A DNA stretch of 64,000 nucleotides from Vermamoeba vermiformis (Eukaryota), in the NCBI GenBank assembly GCA_045837725.1, contig JBEWZL010000121.1:248001-312000 (forward strand), in the 5' to 3' direction. The notes below the pieces were generated by a model. It searched no databases. It had not been told where the DNA came from and worked only from the letters and a program-made list of their open reading frames with translations. Below are positions 52,515 to 62,800 of the stretch, piece after piece. A program made the position numbers and the translations under genes. Each line of letters begins with the position of its first letter. Position 1 is the first letter of the stretch.

Positions 52515-52659
52515 GCATAACATTCAATGTAAATAAACTGTAAATAGTTCCGACAAGTGTTATGTTATTGCTTTACTTGTATCAAAGGGCTTGCATGGCA
52601 TCCAGTTGGGTTGAACAAATGCACAGCACACTTAGTAGCAGTTTTAATTTTATTTATTT

Positions 52660-52990
52660 TGTACCTGGCTCATCAATTGTCTAAGTGTTGGGAGATGGCC
52701 AATCCAGGGTGGATGACATGGCCAGCCAGGGTGAGATGTCCAGCAAGGCTAAGTAAAAACTTCCAGGGTTTGCAGTTCTTTTTGTGTGTCCTGAGGACAA
52801 CTACATTTGCAGAGCGCCCATTGACAGGGGTCTGCCAGGGACATGGTGCCTGTTTGGGGACGAGGCGTCAGGACCTGGCAGGGCGTCTGCTGAATAGTAA
52901 TTGATGAAAATTATTGGGGGAAATCCCATCGGAATAATTGGGCATCCACCACGGACTGCGTGTCCGCCAACCATACCATATAGTATGAAG
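52660..52990 (-). pseudogene. Decayed fragment homologous to the ORF at 58920-59750
   Basis: VWLADTQSVVDAQLFRWDFP vs VWWLSSVVAQRWDLP, and HPGWPCHPPWIGHL vs GPDWDGHPDWTDNL. Interrupted by stops. Confidence 0.55.
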
Positions 52991-53199
52991 ATTTTAATCA
53001 GTGTTCTATATGCCATGTATATGATTATATCCTTTCATTATAAAAAGGTTTGCCACCAGTGGACAAAGTTACAACATATAAAAGTATGGATGATGGAAAC
53101 TATACAAATTGCTATCACTACAATATCTTTGATGATTACTTATCTTTTCTTGGTATACAGTGAGTTCAGGTATTTCTAAAGTTCAAATGGTATTGAAGC

Positions 53200-53550
53200 A
53201 TATTAAGAAAAAACACGCGCCAAAGCATCTCTTACCTATATCCCTATTGAGCACCGAGACTACATTTCCAAGTTGCTGGTGAACGATTTTGGGTACCAAA
53301 TTCAAGCAGTCGATGCATTTGGTGGATTGGGTACGGCTACAAGACCAATTGCTCCACCAATGCCAGGATCAGTCATGTTCCACGAGAAAAGAAAGAGAGG
53401 ACAGCAACAGTCAAGTAAAGCTCAGCATCCCAATGCAACTGCACTGTATCTGAAGACCTAGAGCCTGGTGAACTGGATGACATCTTACAATCTGCTCCTC
53501 CTGTGAATACTATGACAGTGCTGAGGAGTGCCAGGCAAAGAAAAAGCTAA
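53200..53550 (+). pseudogene. Decayed C-terminal fragment of a paralogous transposase, inverted relative to the adjacent full gene
   Basis: AKASLTYIPIEHRDYISKLLVNDFGYQIQAVDAFG..EKRKR..EPGELDDILQSAPP vs AKASLAYIPQEQRTYIQGLIENNFGYQIQALNALG..EKRRR..EPGEVEYLLQSLPP. Confidence 0.88.
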
Positions 53551-53626
53551 ATCTACACTAATTCATTTTTACATCACACTAATGTTTTTACTTTTTCAAA
53601 AAATTGCATTAGAGGACAATGTTCTA

Positions 53627-53652
53627 AATAGAATTTTATTGAAAATGTAAAA
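53627..53652 (-). repeat. Left inverted repeat (candidate TIR)
   Basis: Reverse complement TTTTACATTTTCAATAAAATTCTATT matches 58889-58914 TTTTACAATTTCAATAAAATTCTATT with one mismatch. Confidence 0.8.
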
Positions 53653-53674
53653 ACACATCGGTATTGTAAATAGT

Positions 53675-55964
53675 TCAGTTCTTTACAGATTTTCTCCTTT
53701 TCCTGGCCTTTTGTAGCTCCTTTTCGAGTTCATCCTCTGACTCATCAAAGTGTTCATCAGGAGGAAGGGATTGTAATAGGTATTCGACCTCTCCAGGCTC
53801 TAACTCAGATTGCTGTAATGTTGGTTGAGTGGCATGGTCCTTTCTCCTACGTTTCTCTCGGAATACAACTTTGCGAGTTATTGGGGGCATTTGAGCCGTT
53901 GCAGGAGCTAAGGTAAAGTCACCAAGAGCATTAAGAGCCTGTATTTGATAGCCAAAGTTGTTCTCAATGAGTCCTTGGATGTATGTTCGTTGTTCTTGAG
54001 GAATGTATGCTAATGAGGCTTTTGCATCATGTTTCTTCTTGTCAGACAGCTGGTATGGTTGCATTGGCTCTAATAATCCAGTTGGTTCTTCGTTTAGCAT
54101 ACAGTGATAAGTTGCTGCACCAAGTTGGTTCCAAGTATTCCACTCTGTATCATCTACAAATTCTTTTGTTTGCATGCCAGCAGAAGTGAAACGGAATACA
54201 TGTGCACGAGAGATACGCGGATACTCATTCATTAGTGGTGCAAACTTCTCTACCCATTGTAAGATGTGCTCTTGCTCTTCAAATGATCGCTTATCATTTC
54301 CAAGTGTACAAAGATCTTCAATGCTAAAGAACTGTCTCTTCATGTACTCACCAGCCACATAGGAGTTCATCTGGTCTTGTTGATTCTTTGTGTGGCCAGC
54401 AATAAGAAACAGGATTTCAATCTCATCAAACAGTCTCTTGAAGCTACAATAAAGCGTCTTTAGCAAAGTTACAATCCTATTAAGCCTTACCGAACAAGCC
54501 AGTCACAGTATGCAAGCAGTGCATTGTTGTGCTGTGTGCTATGGTTGTCAAAGACCAGCACAAGCTTTCTTTGAGTTGGATGAAGCTCCTTTAGCAGAGA
54601 ATGCAAGCATGAAATGATGGAGTTTGCACACTCTGACCAGTGTTCTGGAAACAGGTAGTACTTTGACTTGCCAGTGTATGGGTTGAACCAACCAGAAAAG
54701 TGCACATTTATAAGCTCACTCATCAGTATGTTCATGTTGTTGCGTCTTAGCTTGGGCAAACCTTTGCTGCGCATATGGTCTCCAATCAAAAGTAACAGTT
54801 GACCACTCTTTGCACGTGCTATAAGAGAGTGCATTCTCTCCAAGTGTGCGTTCTTAATCTGTTTGTGTCGAATCTTGTCAGCTCGAAGAGTGACAAGTTG
54901 CTCTTCTGTCCTGGAATGTAGTATTTAGTAAGTTCATGTATTGCTTGTCAATTTCTTACGTTGAAACTGAGCGCATTTCAATGTCGATCTTGGCACACGT
55001 GGCACACTTCATGGCATCTGTCTCGATGACTATATTAGGGCGATGATGAGTCCAAACATAGTAGAAATGTGAGTCGCTCGCAACATTTTGATGATCTGGG
55101 CGCGAATCTACGTAATGCTTCCACACTTGTCGTTTTTCATAGAAACCGTTCAAGTAGATCTTTTTGGGGTCAAAATCACACTCATTTCCACAACGAACTT
55201 TAAGATCATCAATATAATTGATGATATCCATAGTAAGAGAGTTGTTGTGGTCCACAAGAGAATTGCCATGCTGTTGCACATCTGAACTGCTGCAAGCAGA
55301 TATTAATTTTCTTCAGCTCACCCCATAGAGCAACTGAAATGCATTGCGACACAAAGGTATTCCGTGCCAACGGAGCTCATAGAATCTTCCTTGTATTTGA
55401 ACACTTGTATCTGATTGACATTCAACCTAACCACCACATAAGAACAGCTATACATTTTAAGAATATTATTTACCTGTGCATCACTGAGCAATTTGGCTAG
55501 CTCTGTTGTTAAAACATTCTGTGGCAACCCAGACCAAAGTTTGAGGTGCTCTTCGATGGTGCAAGGAGTTTCATTTAAATGCTGAGCAATGCATTGCCAA
55601 GGGCAACAGTGGGAATAGAGAATTTGTCCCAAGTGCATAGAATTGCACAAGCGCTCCTGTTTTGGTTTGTTTCTGTAATGCATGTTAGATACAATCTGAA
55701 AAATTAATTTATTAATTGATTTTCACTTACACTATGTGGTTATTCTCTATAGAACTACGTAATAGTCCATCACTATCAATTGATCTTAAAATCGGTACAG
55801 AGTGTTTGGGAAATTGGCTGCAGATGGCTGTACGGGCTTTGGTGAAGCCCTTTGGTTCATGTATGTATTGCCTTACCAAGTTGAAGGCTAATTTGTGATT
55901 AATTAGGGTAAAGCAATTGAAATCAATCAAGTGTACCTTTGGGATGATCCGTGTTGCTTGACAT
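53675..55964 (-). CDS. Intron-containing DDD-type transposase-like protein (Sola1/DUF7869-like)
   Basis: Ordered motifs across exons: LCRNAFQLLYG, HGN, KKIYL..VWKHY, SDSHFYYVW..KCATC, LLIGD..KGLP, LVLVFDNHSTQHNN..YCDWLV, FDEIEILFLIAGHTKNQQD. These match the C..AF..L.G / CxxC / DN..Q.xN / GHT..D pattern recalled for this family. Confidence 0.75.
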
Positions 55965-56007
55965 TTTGTCGTGACAAACTTAACTTGTTAACCACAAAGA
56001 ATTAGTT

Positions 56008-56663
56008 ATGACAGAATGGAATGCTGATGACGATGTGCTTTTGCTTGAAGTAAGAGTTGGCAGTGCAATTTAGCCTTGCTAACGGAACACAGACAGAACC
56101 TGTGACTACGGATGTGCCAGTGCTGAATCGTTCTCAAAGAAGAGAAAAAATTAACTCTGACCAAGCAAATAGTTGTTCGAATGCACAAGACGCTCTCGGA
56201 GACAATTTAGAGCCTGTACGATCCAACAATTCCCAAAATATTACAAACTCACTGCTATCCAACTAGGAGTCAGGGCCAACACAGCTCTCACAAGTATCGA
56301 CAAAAGAAATACAATCCGAAACTCAGGCAAACGGAGGCACATGTAAGGTAAGCATTGCAAAGCAGATCCACTATTTCTTCATATTACTCGAACGCTATAT
56401 TTAGACTTTGAATATTATTATGCTTTTACATAGTAACCGTTTTATCAGGGAGACAACAACGGCAATGTGACTCAATTGCTCAACGAACAGTCATGTGCCG
56501 ATCAATTTGTCAGTGAGTTAAGGAGCGGCACAGAGAATGTAAGTTACCAATAATAACAGAATTGACATATATGTAATTCAATAATAAACAGATTGTGCGC
56601 GAAGTTGCTGACATCAATAACATGATGAACAATGAAGCACATAACGGAAGTGACGGAATTGAC
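56008..56663 (+). pseudogene. Accessory spliced low-complexity ORF with in-frame TAG at 56264-56266
   Basis: Exon 1 MTEWNADDDVLLLE, a canonical intron (gtaaga..gctaac..acag), then exon 2 TEPVTTDV..LLSN*ESGPTQL..GGTCK followed by a gtaag donor. The 3' end is uncertain. Confidence 0.5.
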
Positions 56664-56670
56664 GTAAGTT

Positions 56671-57811
56671 TTATTTTTGATGCCGTTTAGTACCTTTACT
56701 CTTCGTTCGATTCTTTGAATTGAATTGTCGAGGCTGCCAATCAGCACTCTTGCGTTGAATGAGCTTATTCTTGTGCGCTGCTTCTTTGTTCTGAAGTCGC
56801 AAATTGAGTCGGTTTTTCAAATAGTTGTGCATCCGTTCTGCAGATCCAAGCTGCTCCGAGAGTGGTTGCACAGACCACTGAGGAGCAGGTGGAATTTCAA
56901 CGTTGTTATTTGCATTGTAGTCACGTTCTTCTGCAAGAAATTCGGGGTCGCGAATTTGTCCAGGTGCGGTGAAGCAGTTAGCGTCAGTGTTCAGCACAAT
57001 CGACCGGCGATCGCCAATGTGAGTCAAATTCTCGTGGTATAGTTGTGCTGAGCGAAAGAAAATGATGTCTCCAGGCTGTGCGTTGATTTTGAGGTGTAGA
57101 TCGCGAAAGGCCAGCTCGCCACCGGACCAATCTTTGCCAACAGGCACGACGCAACAGCAGCCATCGATGCGGTCCTCACTGTCGATGTGAGGTTGAGAGC
57201 CTCCGTGGTTGAGCACTGCCATGAGAAATGACTTGCCGAGCACGCGTTGCTTGTCCGGAGTGACGCTGCAGTATTCTTCGTACAACTGCGGGTCTACGTG
57301 TGCGAACCATTGGTCAATCACTTCAAGGAAATCACGCACTCCGGGCTGATCAATGAATTTTAAACCCTTCCCGATCGTTGAATCTCGTGACAAAAATATG
57401 TGCAAAGCGTATCGACGCCAAAAGCCAACGTGAATCGACGGGTCCTTCGTCTGAGCTGTGCAATTTTGTTCCGCCCATTCAAGAGCAGCCAGTAATTTTT
57501 CATTTAAGTCAGAATCAACTCCTGCCTTAATATTCCAAATTAACTGCGTTAAAAAAAATTAAATTAAGCTCGGCTGTAATTAATATTATTGTAACGATTA
57601 TTATAAAATTATTTAAATGCTATTGTCTTACCCAATGACCATTCTGGTCCACGACAACGAAGTTACCATCGAGTAAAAATAATTTAAGTGCTTCGATAGG
57701 AGTCAGCTGCGGTTTAGGTGGATCGTTCTTCGACACTGGAGGAGGAGTTATCGTGAGCGTATAATACTTGATACCTCCCCTATACTCAGGCCCGTCTATA
57801 TACTGAGTCAT
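56671..57811 (-). CDS. TET/JBP-like 2-oxoglutarate/Fe(II) dioxygenase, 2 exons (57632-57811, 56671-57543), 350 aa
   Basis: HVGFWRRY; HxD in PHIDSED; CCVVPVG.DWSGGELAFRDL; QPGDIIFFRSAQLYHEN; distal RRSIV (H..R-x-S). Intact after removal of one phase-0 GT-AG intron. The 2OG-Fe fold is confident; the TET/JBP subfamily is likely. Confidence 0.8.
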
Positions 57812-58046
57812 TGTTTTTGAATACAATAATTTAATTTGTTCGAACAAAAAAAAAATGACTTCTGACTACGGGTACGCTCCTATTTTTAGCTTTTTCAGAT
57901 TTGCAGCCTTAATAACTCTGCAACAACACCTTCAATTATTGTGCCACTTTCAGGATCAACTTTTTTTCATGTACTGAACAGCTTCGATCCTTACCTGCAA
58001 ATTTGCGGTAATAAATTATTGTTGATAGGTTCCCACTGTCAATACC

Positions 58047-58865
58047 ATGCCTGTTGAGCTCCAAGTGCCAGACGTCTCACTTCTAGACTGCCAAGTAGCA
58101 GGAGAGATGATGATTGTGGGACCTCACACGTTGTACCCAAGATTGGAATCGGCAGATCACCAAGTACACTTACAGCTCGGATACACTGTGCGGCATTGCA
58201 AGAAAATGTACACTGCTCTTGCCCTAGTTAAAGACAAAAGAGGCACCATTAGACTCCTAGCAATTGCCACATCAAATTACAACACAAAGCCAAAGTTATT
58301 GTCTCTTGGAAGCTGCACTGTGCTAGAGTCCAATCCATCGGCACTTCCCAAGGTTACAGAGTGCTTACAGAGGTGGATAGATGAACAAATGGGCCATCAA
58401 ATAGTAAAAGTCAGTCCTCTAGCAAAACCACAAAGAAAGAGACGTAGAATAGAGCTGTTTGATGAAGACACTCAGCCAGCAAAGAAGCACAAGCCCAAGT
58501 CTGTCACAAAGAAGGAACCCACTGCACAGAAAGCTCAGGTGGTCAAAACCATGCTGGCTGGGACTGTGGAAGACTTACCAGAGCAAATGCAGCCAGTGCA
58601 CGCTAGCACACCACTCTCTCAAGGAATTAGTCTTCAGTGGCCCACTGCTTCATCTACTAATCTATCTTTGAGACTTCAACTGGAAGAACGTGAGATAAGG
58701 CTAATGCAACACCAACTCATTAGCAATGAGCTCCATTCCCACGAAGAAAGAGAGAGAATTCTACAACAACTCAATGACCAGAGGCTGCGCAACTTAGAAA
58801 ACCAACAGATGCTGCTGCAGGCACTGTTGTACAACAGCACAGGTGCTGACCAGAAGTTTGTATAA
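58047..58865 (+). CDS. Accessory ORF of the element, unknown function; basic NLS-like patches and C-terminal coiled coil; may start at ATG 57855 via small exons
   Basis: 272-aa uninterrupted ORF with RKRRR, KKHKPK and a Q/L/E-rich heptad tail. AATAAA lies downstream. Confidence 0.65.
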   Translation: MPVELQVPDVSLLDCQVAGEMMIVGPHTLYPRLESADHQVHLQLGYTVRHCKKMYTALALVKDKRGTIRLLAIATSNYNTKPKLLSLGSCTVLESNPSALPKVTECLQRWIDEQMGHQIVKVSPLAKPQRKRRRIELFDEDTQPAKKHKPKSVTKKEPTAQKAQVVKTMLAGTVEDLPEQMQPVHASTPLSQGISLQWPTASSTNLSLRLQLEEREIRLMQHQLISNELHSHEERERILQQLNDQRLRNLENQQMLLQALLYNSTGADQKFV

Positions 58866-58888
58866 AGATGAAAATGTTAATAAAGAGG

Positions 58889-58914
58889 TTTTACAATTTC
58901 AATAAAATTCTATT
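58889..58914 (+). repeat. Right inverted repeat (candidate TIR)
   Basis: See the left copy at 53627-53652. Confidence 0.8.
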
Positions 58915-58919
58915 AGTCT

Positions 58920-59750
58920 AGTACTTAAGTTCTTGGCAGAACACATTCCCAGCGATTGCCCAAAGCCTCCTGAACAACTTAAACCAAACTCGGCCATTAG
59001 CACCAATGGACCCAGGAAGTACCACTGTTGGTCAATGGGATGGACAAAAAATGAGACGGGACGTCCACCATTCTGTTTGCTGCAGGGATGTACAGAGGAT
59101 ACCCCTGTGTAGGGACATGCAACCTCTTGTAGAATTTGTAGTTCTGCACAGAAATGTACTGGAGGTCGTCCTGCACATGGTGCAAGTTGTCTGTCCAGTC
59201 AGGGTGTCCATCCCAGTCAGGGCCTCCATCCGTGGTCAGGGTGGACGACCTAGTAATTGCTAATTCAAATGCACCCTTGCTTTGGTGAGTAAACATGGTA
59301 ATATGTTTTTGCATTCTGGCTGCTGAGGAGTGCTGGCAAATCCCATCTCTGTGCTACCACTGAGCTTAACCACCATACAAACGTGCTTACATATGAAGAA
59401 CTCCTTTTTCCAGCTCCTAGAAATCGTCCAAGACTGTCTGAATTCAGATACACTGGGTAAAGCTCAAAATTTAGGAAATCATCCTGCCAGTGGGACGTCT
59501 GTTGTTGAAGCGGATTGGAGCATCAAAGGCTGCTAGAGCAAGTTAAACAAACACCCACCAAACTGTTCAGAACACACACCTCCAGGGTCTGGTTTGGCGC
59601 AACATCTGTGCCCTTATTATGCTGTAATATTTTTTGGTGGGACCTGCTCTGGGATGTACAACCTGTCCAGCTATCTGGCGACACGACGCTGGTTCAGGCT
59701 CACCCATTCTGACCTAGGACACAAACTTGTAGACACTGTAACTCCATAGA
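58920..59750 (-). pseudogene. Decayed gene, possibly a transposon-type Ulp1/C48-like peptidase remnant
   Basis: DFLNFELYPVYLNSDSLGRFL..YVSTFVW..FLSIPL..HW (VLM after a shift) loosely parallels the C48 motifs LND.II.FYL / NSFFY / IVPIN / HW. Stops and frameshifts are present; no catalytic Cys region seen. Confidence 0.4.
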
Positions 59751-59814
59751 AAAATGGTATCTTGTCTTGAACAAAATAAATGCGCTCAATAAAAGATCGT
59801 GAAATTTATTAAAT

Positions 59815-62800
59815 TTACAAAGCAAGCACAACAGCAAATAGGATAAAGATGTTAATTTGTACTAATGCAGCAATACTTGAGCTTGGTTGATTGCTATCGG
59901 TAGTTGTGGGCGTGGCCTCTTGGAACACGTCGTTGTTTGTGTTGGCAGCAACGAACTCGTCAGAGTAGACAAAATCGCGCAGATTCTGACATGAGATTAG
60001 TCCAGCCACACCTTCGTAATTCATGCAATGTACTTACGACATCAAAAGCCAAACTGGGCATCGAAGCAGAGTGCGTGATGCCATCGAACACAACGCGCTC
60101 GGGCGATAGATAAACGTCGTCTAGACTGATTTCAGGGTTGAGAGGCGTCATATCGAGACCAATCGTAATTGCGCGCACGTCTTTGGTGAGCTGTTGACGC
60201 ACGTACAATGAGATGTCCCATTCATTCCAGCGCGGTTCAGTGTCGCAGATCTGTCACGTGTTAATCGAATGGATATGACTAAATATAGCAATCACGACGT
60301 ACCACAGTGCTGGCAATCATGACACCAAACTGCGGTGCGGCAGCGAGAGTGGTGCCATTCCACTGCGAGTCATCGGCAGAGTAGGCGCGCACCGAGACGC
60401 AGGTGCCAGGAGTGCCAATTTTAGCACCAAAGAGGCGCATGCGATAGACTTCTTTGCGCGGAATATTGAAGATCGAGTAGCGCACATAAGCACGTGATTG
60501 CGTGCCAGCAGTGCCCTCGACGAGCAGTTGCGTGCTGGGAATGAGCTCCGTCACATCGGGTCCATCGCGCATGTACTGCGAGCTCTCGGCGGTGATCTGT
60601 TCAGCACGTGCTTGCGATTGACCAATCAGCGCGGGGCGAGCAGTGATGTCCATGTATTCTTTGCTCGCGAACACCACGCGACCCTGCGCAGTGGCGAGGG
60701 CCAGGGACAGTGTGGACTCGCCCTGTGCTAATTTTAGCTGCACGAGCTCTGTGACGTCGAATTCGTAGTAGCCAGAATTGGACACGAGCTGCGAGTCAAG
60801 TACGGCCGCAGACCACGTGATTTTGTCGTTCCAGGTGAGACCTTCGGTCACTGCATCAGTCACGTGATGACATGTGACATTGACAGGTGTCACATCACGT
60901 GGGGTGAACAGACGCACACGAGCACTCTCAGCCAAGTCAATTGCACCAATGTTCAGTTGCAGCAGTGTCACACTGGTGCCGCGCTCAGAGGACATGACCA
61001 CGAGTCCTGGCAGAGTGCCACTGCTCTGATCAGCGCTCGATGAGCTCACAAAGGTGTCAGCGGTGAAGTACAGCGAGGGGCCTGTCGTGTCAGCCAATGC
61101 CACGCTGACAGCACGACGTGCAGTGCTGGTGGCAGTCGGCGCGATGAGCGTGAATTGCAGGGCATCGAGGGTCCAGTAGCCGTAGTCGAGGCGCATGGTC
61201 AGCACGTGACTGCCCGCTGGCAAGCTGAGGGTCTGTACACCAGCTGAATAGGTCCAGGTAGTCCAATCTAATCACCACTGATCAGCACTGACACTACACG
61301 ACCCTACAATACTAATTACGTACCTCCAGTGGGGGGCAGCGAGAGTGTGACGAAGGGCGTGGCAGAGTTGTCGACGAACAGACGCAGCTGTCGATTGGTC
61401 GTCACTGGTGTGCCAGGCGGATAGGCGTAACGAGCCTGCACGCGATAGGTGCCCTCCGTGCTGAGGGTGACTTGATAGGTGAGCCATTCGCCCGATTCAA
61501 TGTAGCCAAGCGCAATCTCGCCGTTCGTGTTCTGCAGATCCACGTCATCGTTGCGATAGGCACCGCCTGTGTTACCAGTGGTCGTGTCGTAATAGGCCAC
61601 ACCCTGACCACCCACACGATAGTTCTCCACTTGCAACACACCGGGCAAGGCTGTCACGATGGACGGTGAGACAGGTGCGGCGACAGGTGTTGCGACGGGG
61701 GCAGTGACGGGAGGGGGGATGGGTGGCGTGACAGGTGTGACGGGGGGTGGTGCGGCAGTGACGAGCGTGAATTGCAGCCAGTTCAAGCGCCACCAGCCCT
61801 GGTTGATGGTGACCGTCAGCTGATAGGTGCCCGCGGTGATGGTAGCGGTGTTCAGGGCCGCACTCGTAGCCCAGGTGTCCCAGCTCGCAGTGGCAGGGGC
61901 CAGATTGAGCGTGCCCAGTGCGACAGTGCCGAGCTGCAGGGTGAGGGTGCGGGCCGTGGTGACTGGCGTGCCTGCTGGATAGGCGTAGCGCGCAGTGATG
62001 GCGTAGGTGCCGGACTGCGCGAAGGTGACTTGATAGCGCAGCCACTCGCCCTGTTCGAGATAGTCCACGCTGTAGCAGCCAGCGCCGTCAGTGCACACTG
62101 CAATGTCCACGTCATCGTTGCGATAGGCACCGCCCGTGTTGCCAGGGGTGGTGTCGTAATAGGCCACACCCTGACCACCCGGCATGTAGTTCTCAGCCTG
62201 CAGCGTGCCAGGCAGGGGAATGGTGTTGGGGGGCGGGGTCGGAGGTGTGACAGGTGCTGCGACAGGAGTAGCGACAGGAGTGGCAGTTTGCAAGGTGAAG
62301 GTCAAGTAATTGAGGCGCCACCAGCCATTGGTGAACTGCACGGTGATCTGATGCGTGCCAGCAGTGAGGGGGGCATTGAGTGTGACACCAGTGGTAGTTT
62401 GCCACACACCCCAGCCACCTGAGGGGCCAGCAGTCAGTGTCGCAACTGGCACCGTGCCAGCATCGAGCAACAGCGTGATCACGCGATCAGCGGCAACTTG
62501 TGTGCCTGCAGGATAAGCGTAGCGCATCTGCACGGAGTAGGTGCCAGCTTGCGTGACAGTGATCTGGTACTTGATCCACTCGCCTGCTTCAATGTAGCCG
62601 AGCGAGTAGCCACCACCCACGTCATCAGCCACCTCCAGATCCACACCTTCAGTCGTGCGATAGGCACCGCCCAAGTTAGCGGGAGTCGTGTCGTAGTAGG
62701 CCACACCAGCACCACCGTTCATGTAGTTCTCAATCTGCACCACACCGGGCACAGTGCTCACATAGGTGTTCGTGGTCGGGGTCACTGGAGGCGGGGTCGG

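Larger units (their letters stand above)
53627..58914. mobile_element. Putative ~5.3 kb DNA transposon: Sola1/DUF7869-like transposase, TET/JBP-like dioxygenase and two accessory ORFs
   Basis: Bounded by 26-bp inverted repeats (25/26 identical). Contains a transposase-like gene, differs in composition from the host genes, and is flanked by decayed paralogous fragments. No clear target-site duplication seen. Confidence 0.72.

Noticed and set aside
52547-59780. Possible outer TIRs (gttccgacaag vs reverse-complement gttcaagacaag) for the whole 7 kb island
   Set aside because: The match is too short and gapped to distinguish from chance, and there is no TSD.
61480-62740. Three near-identical ~70-100 bp DNA segments
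   Set aside because: Explained by triplication of the CBM6-like coding module.
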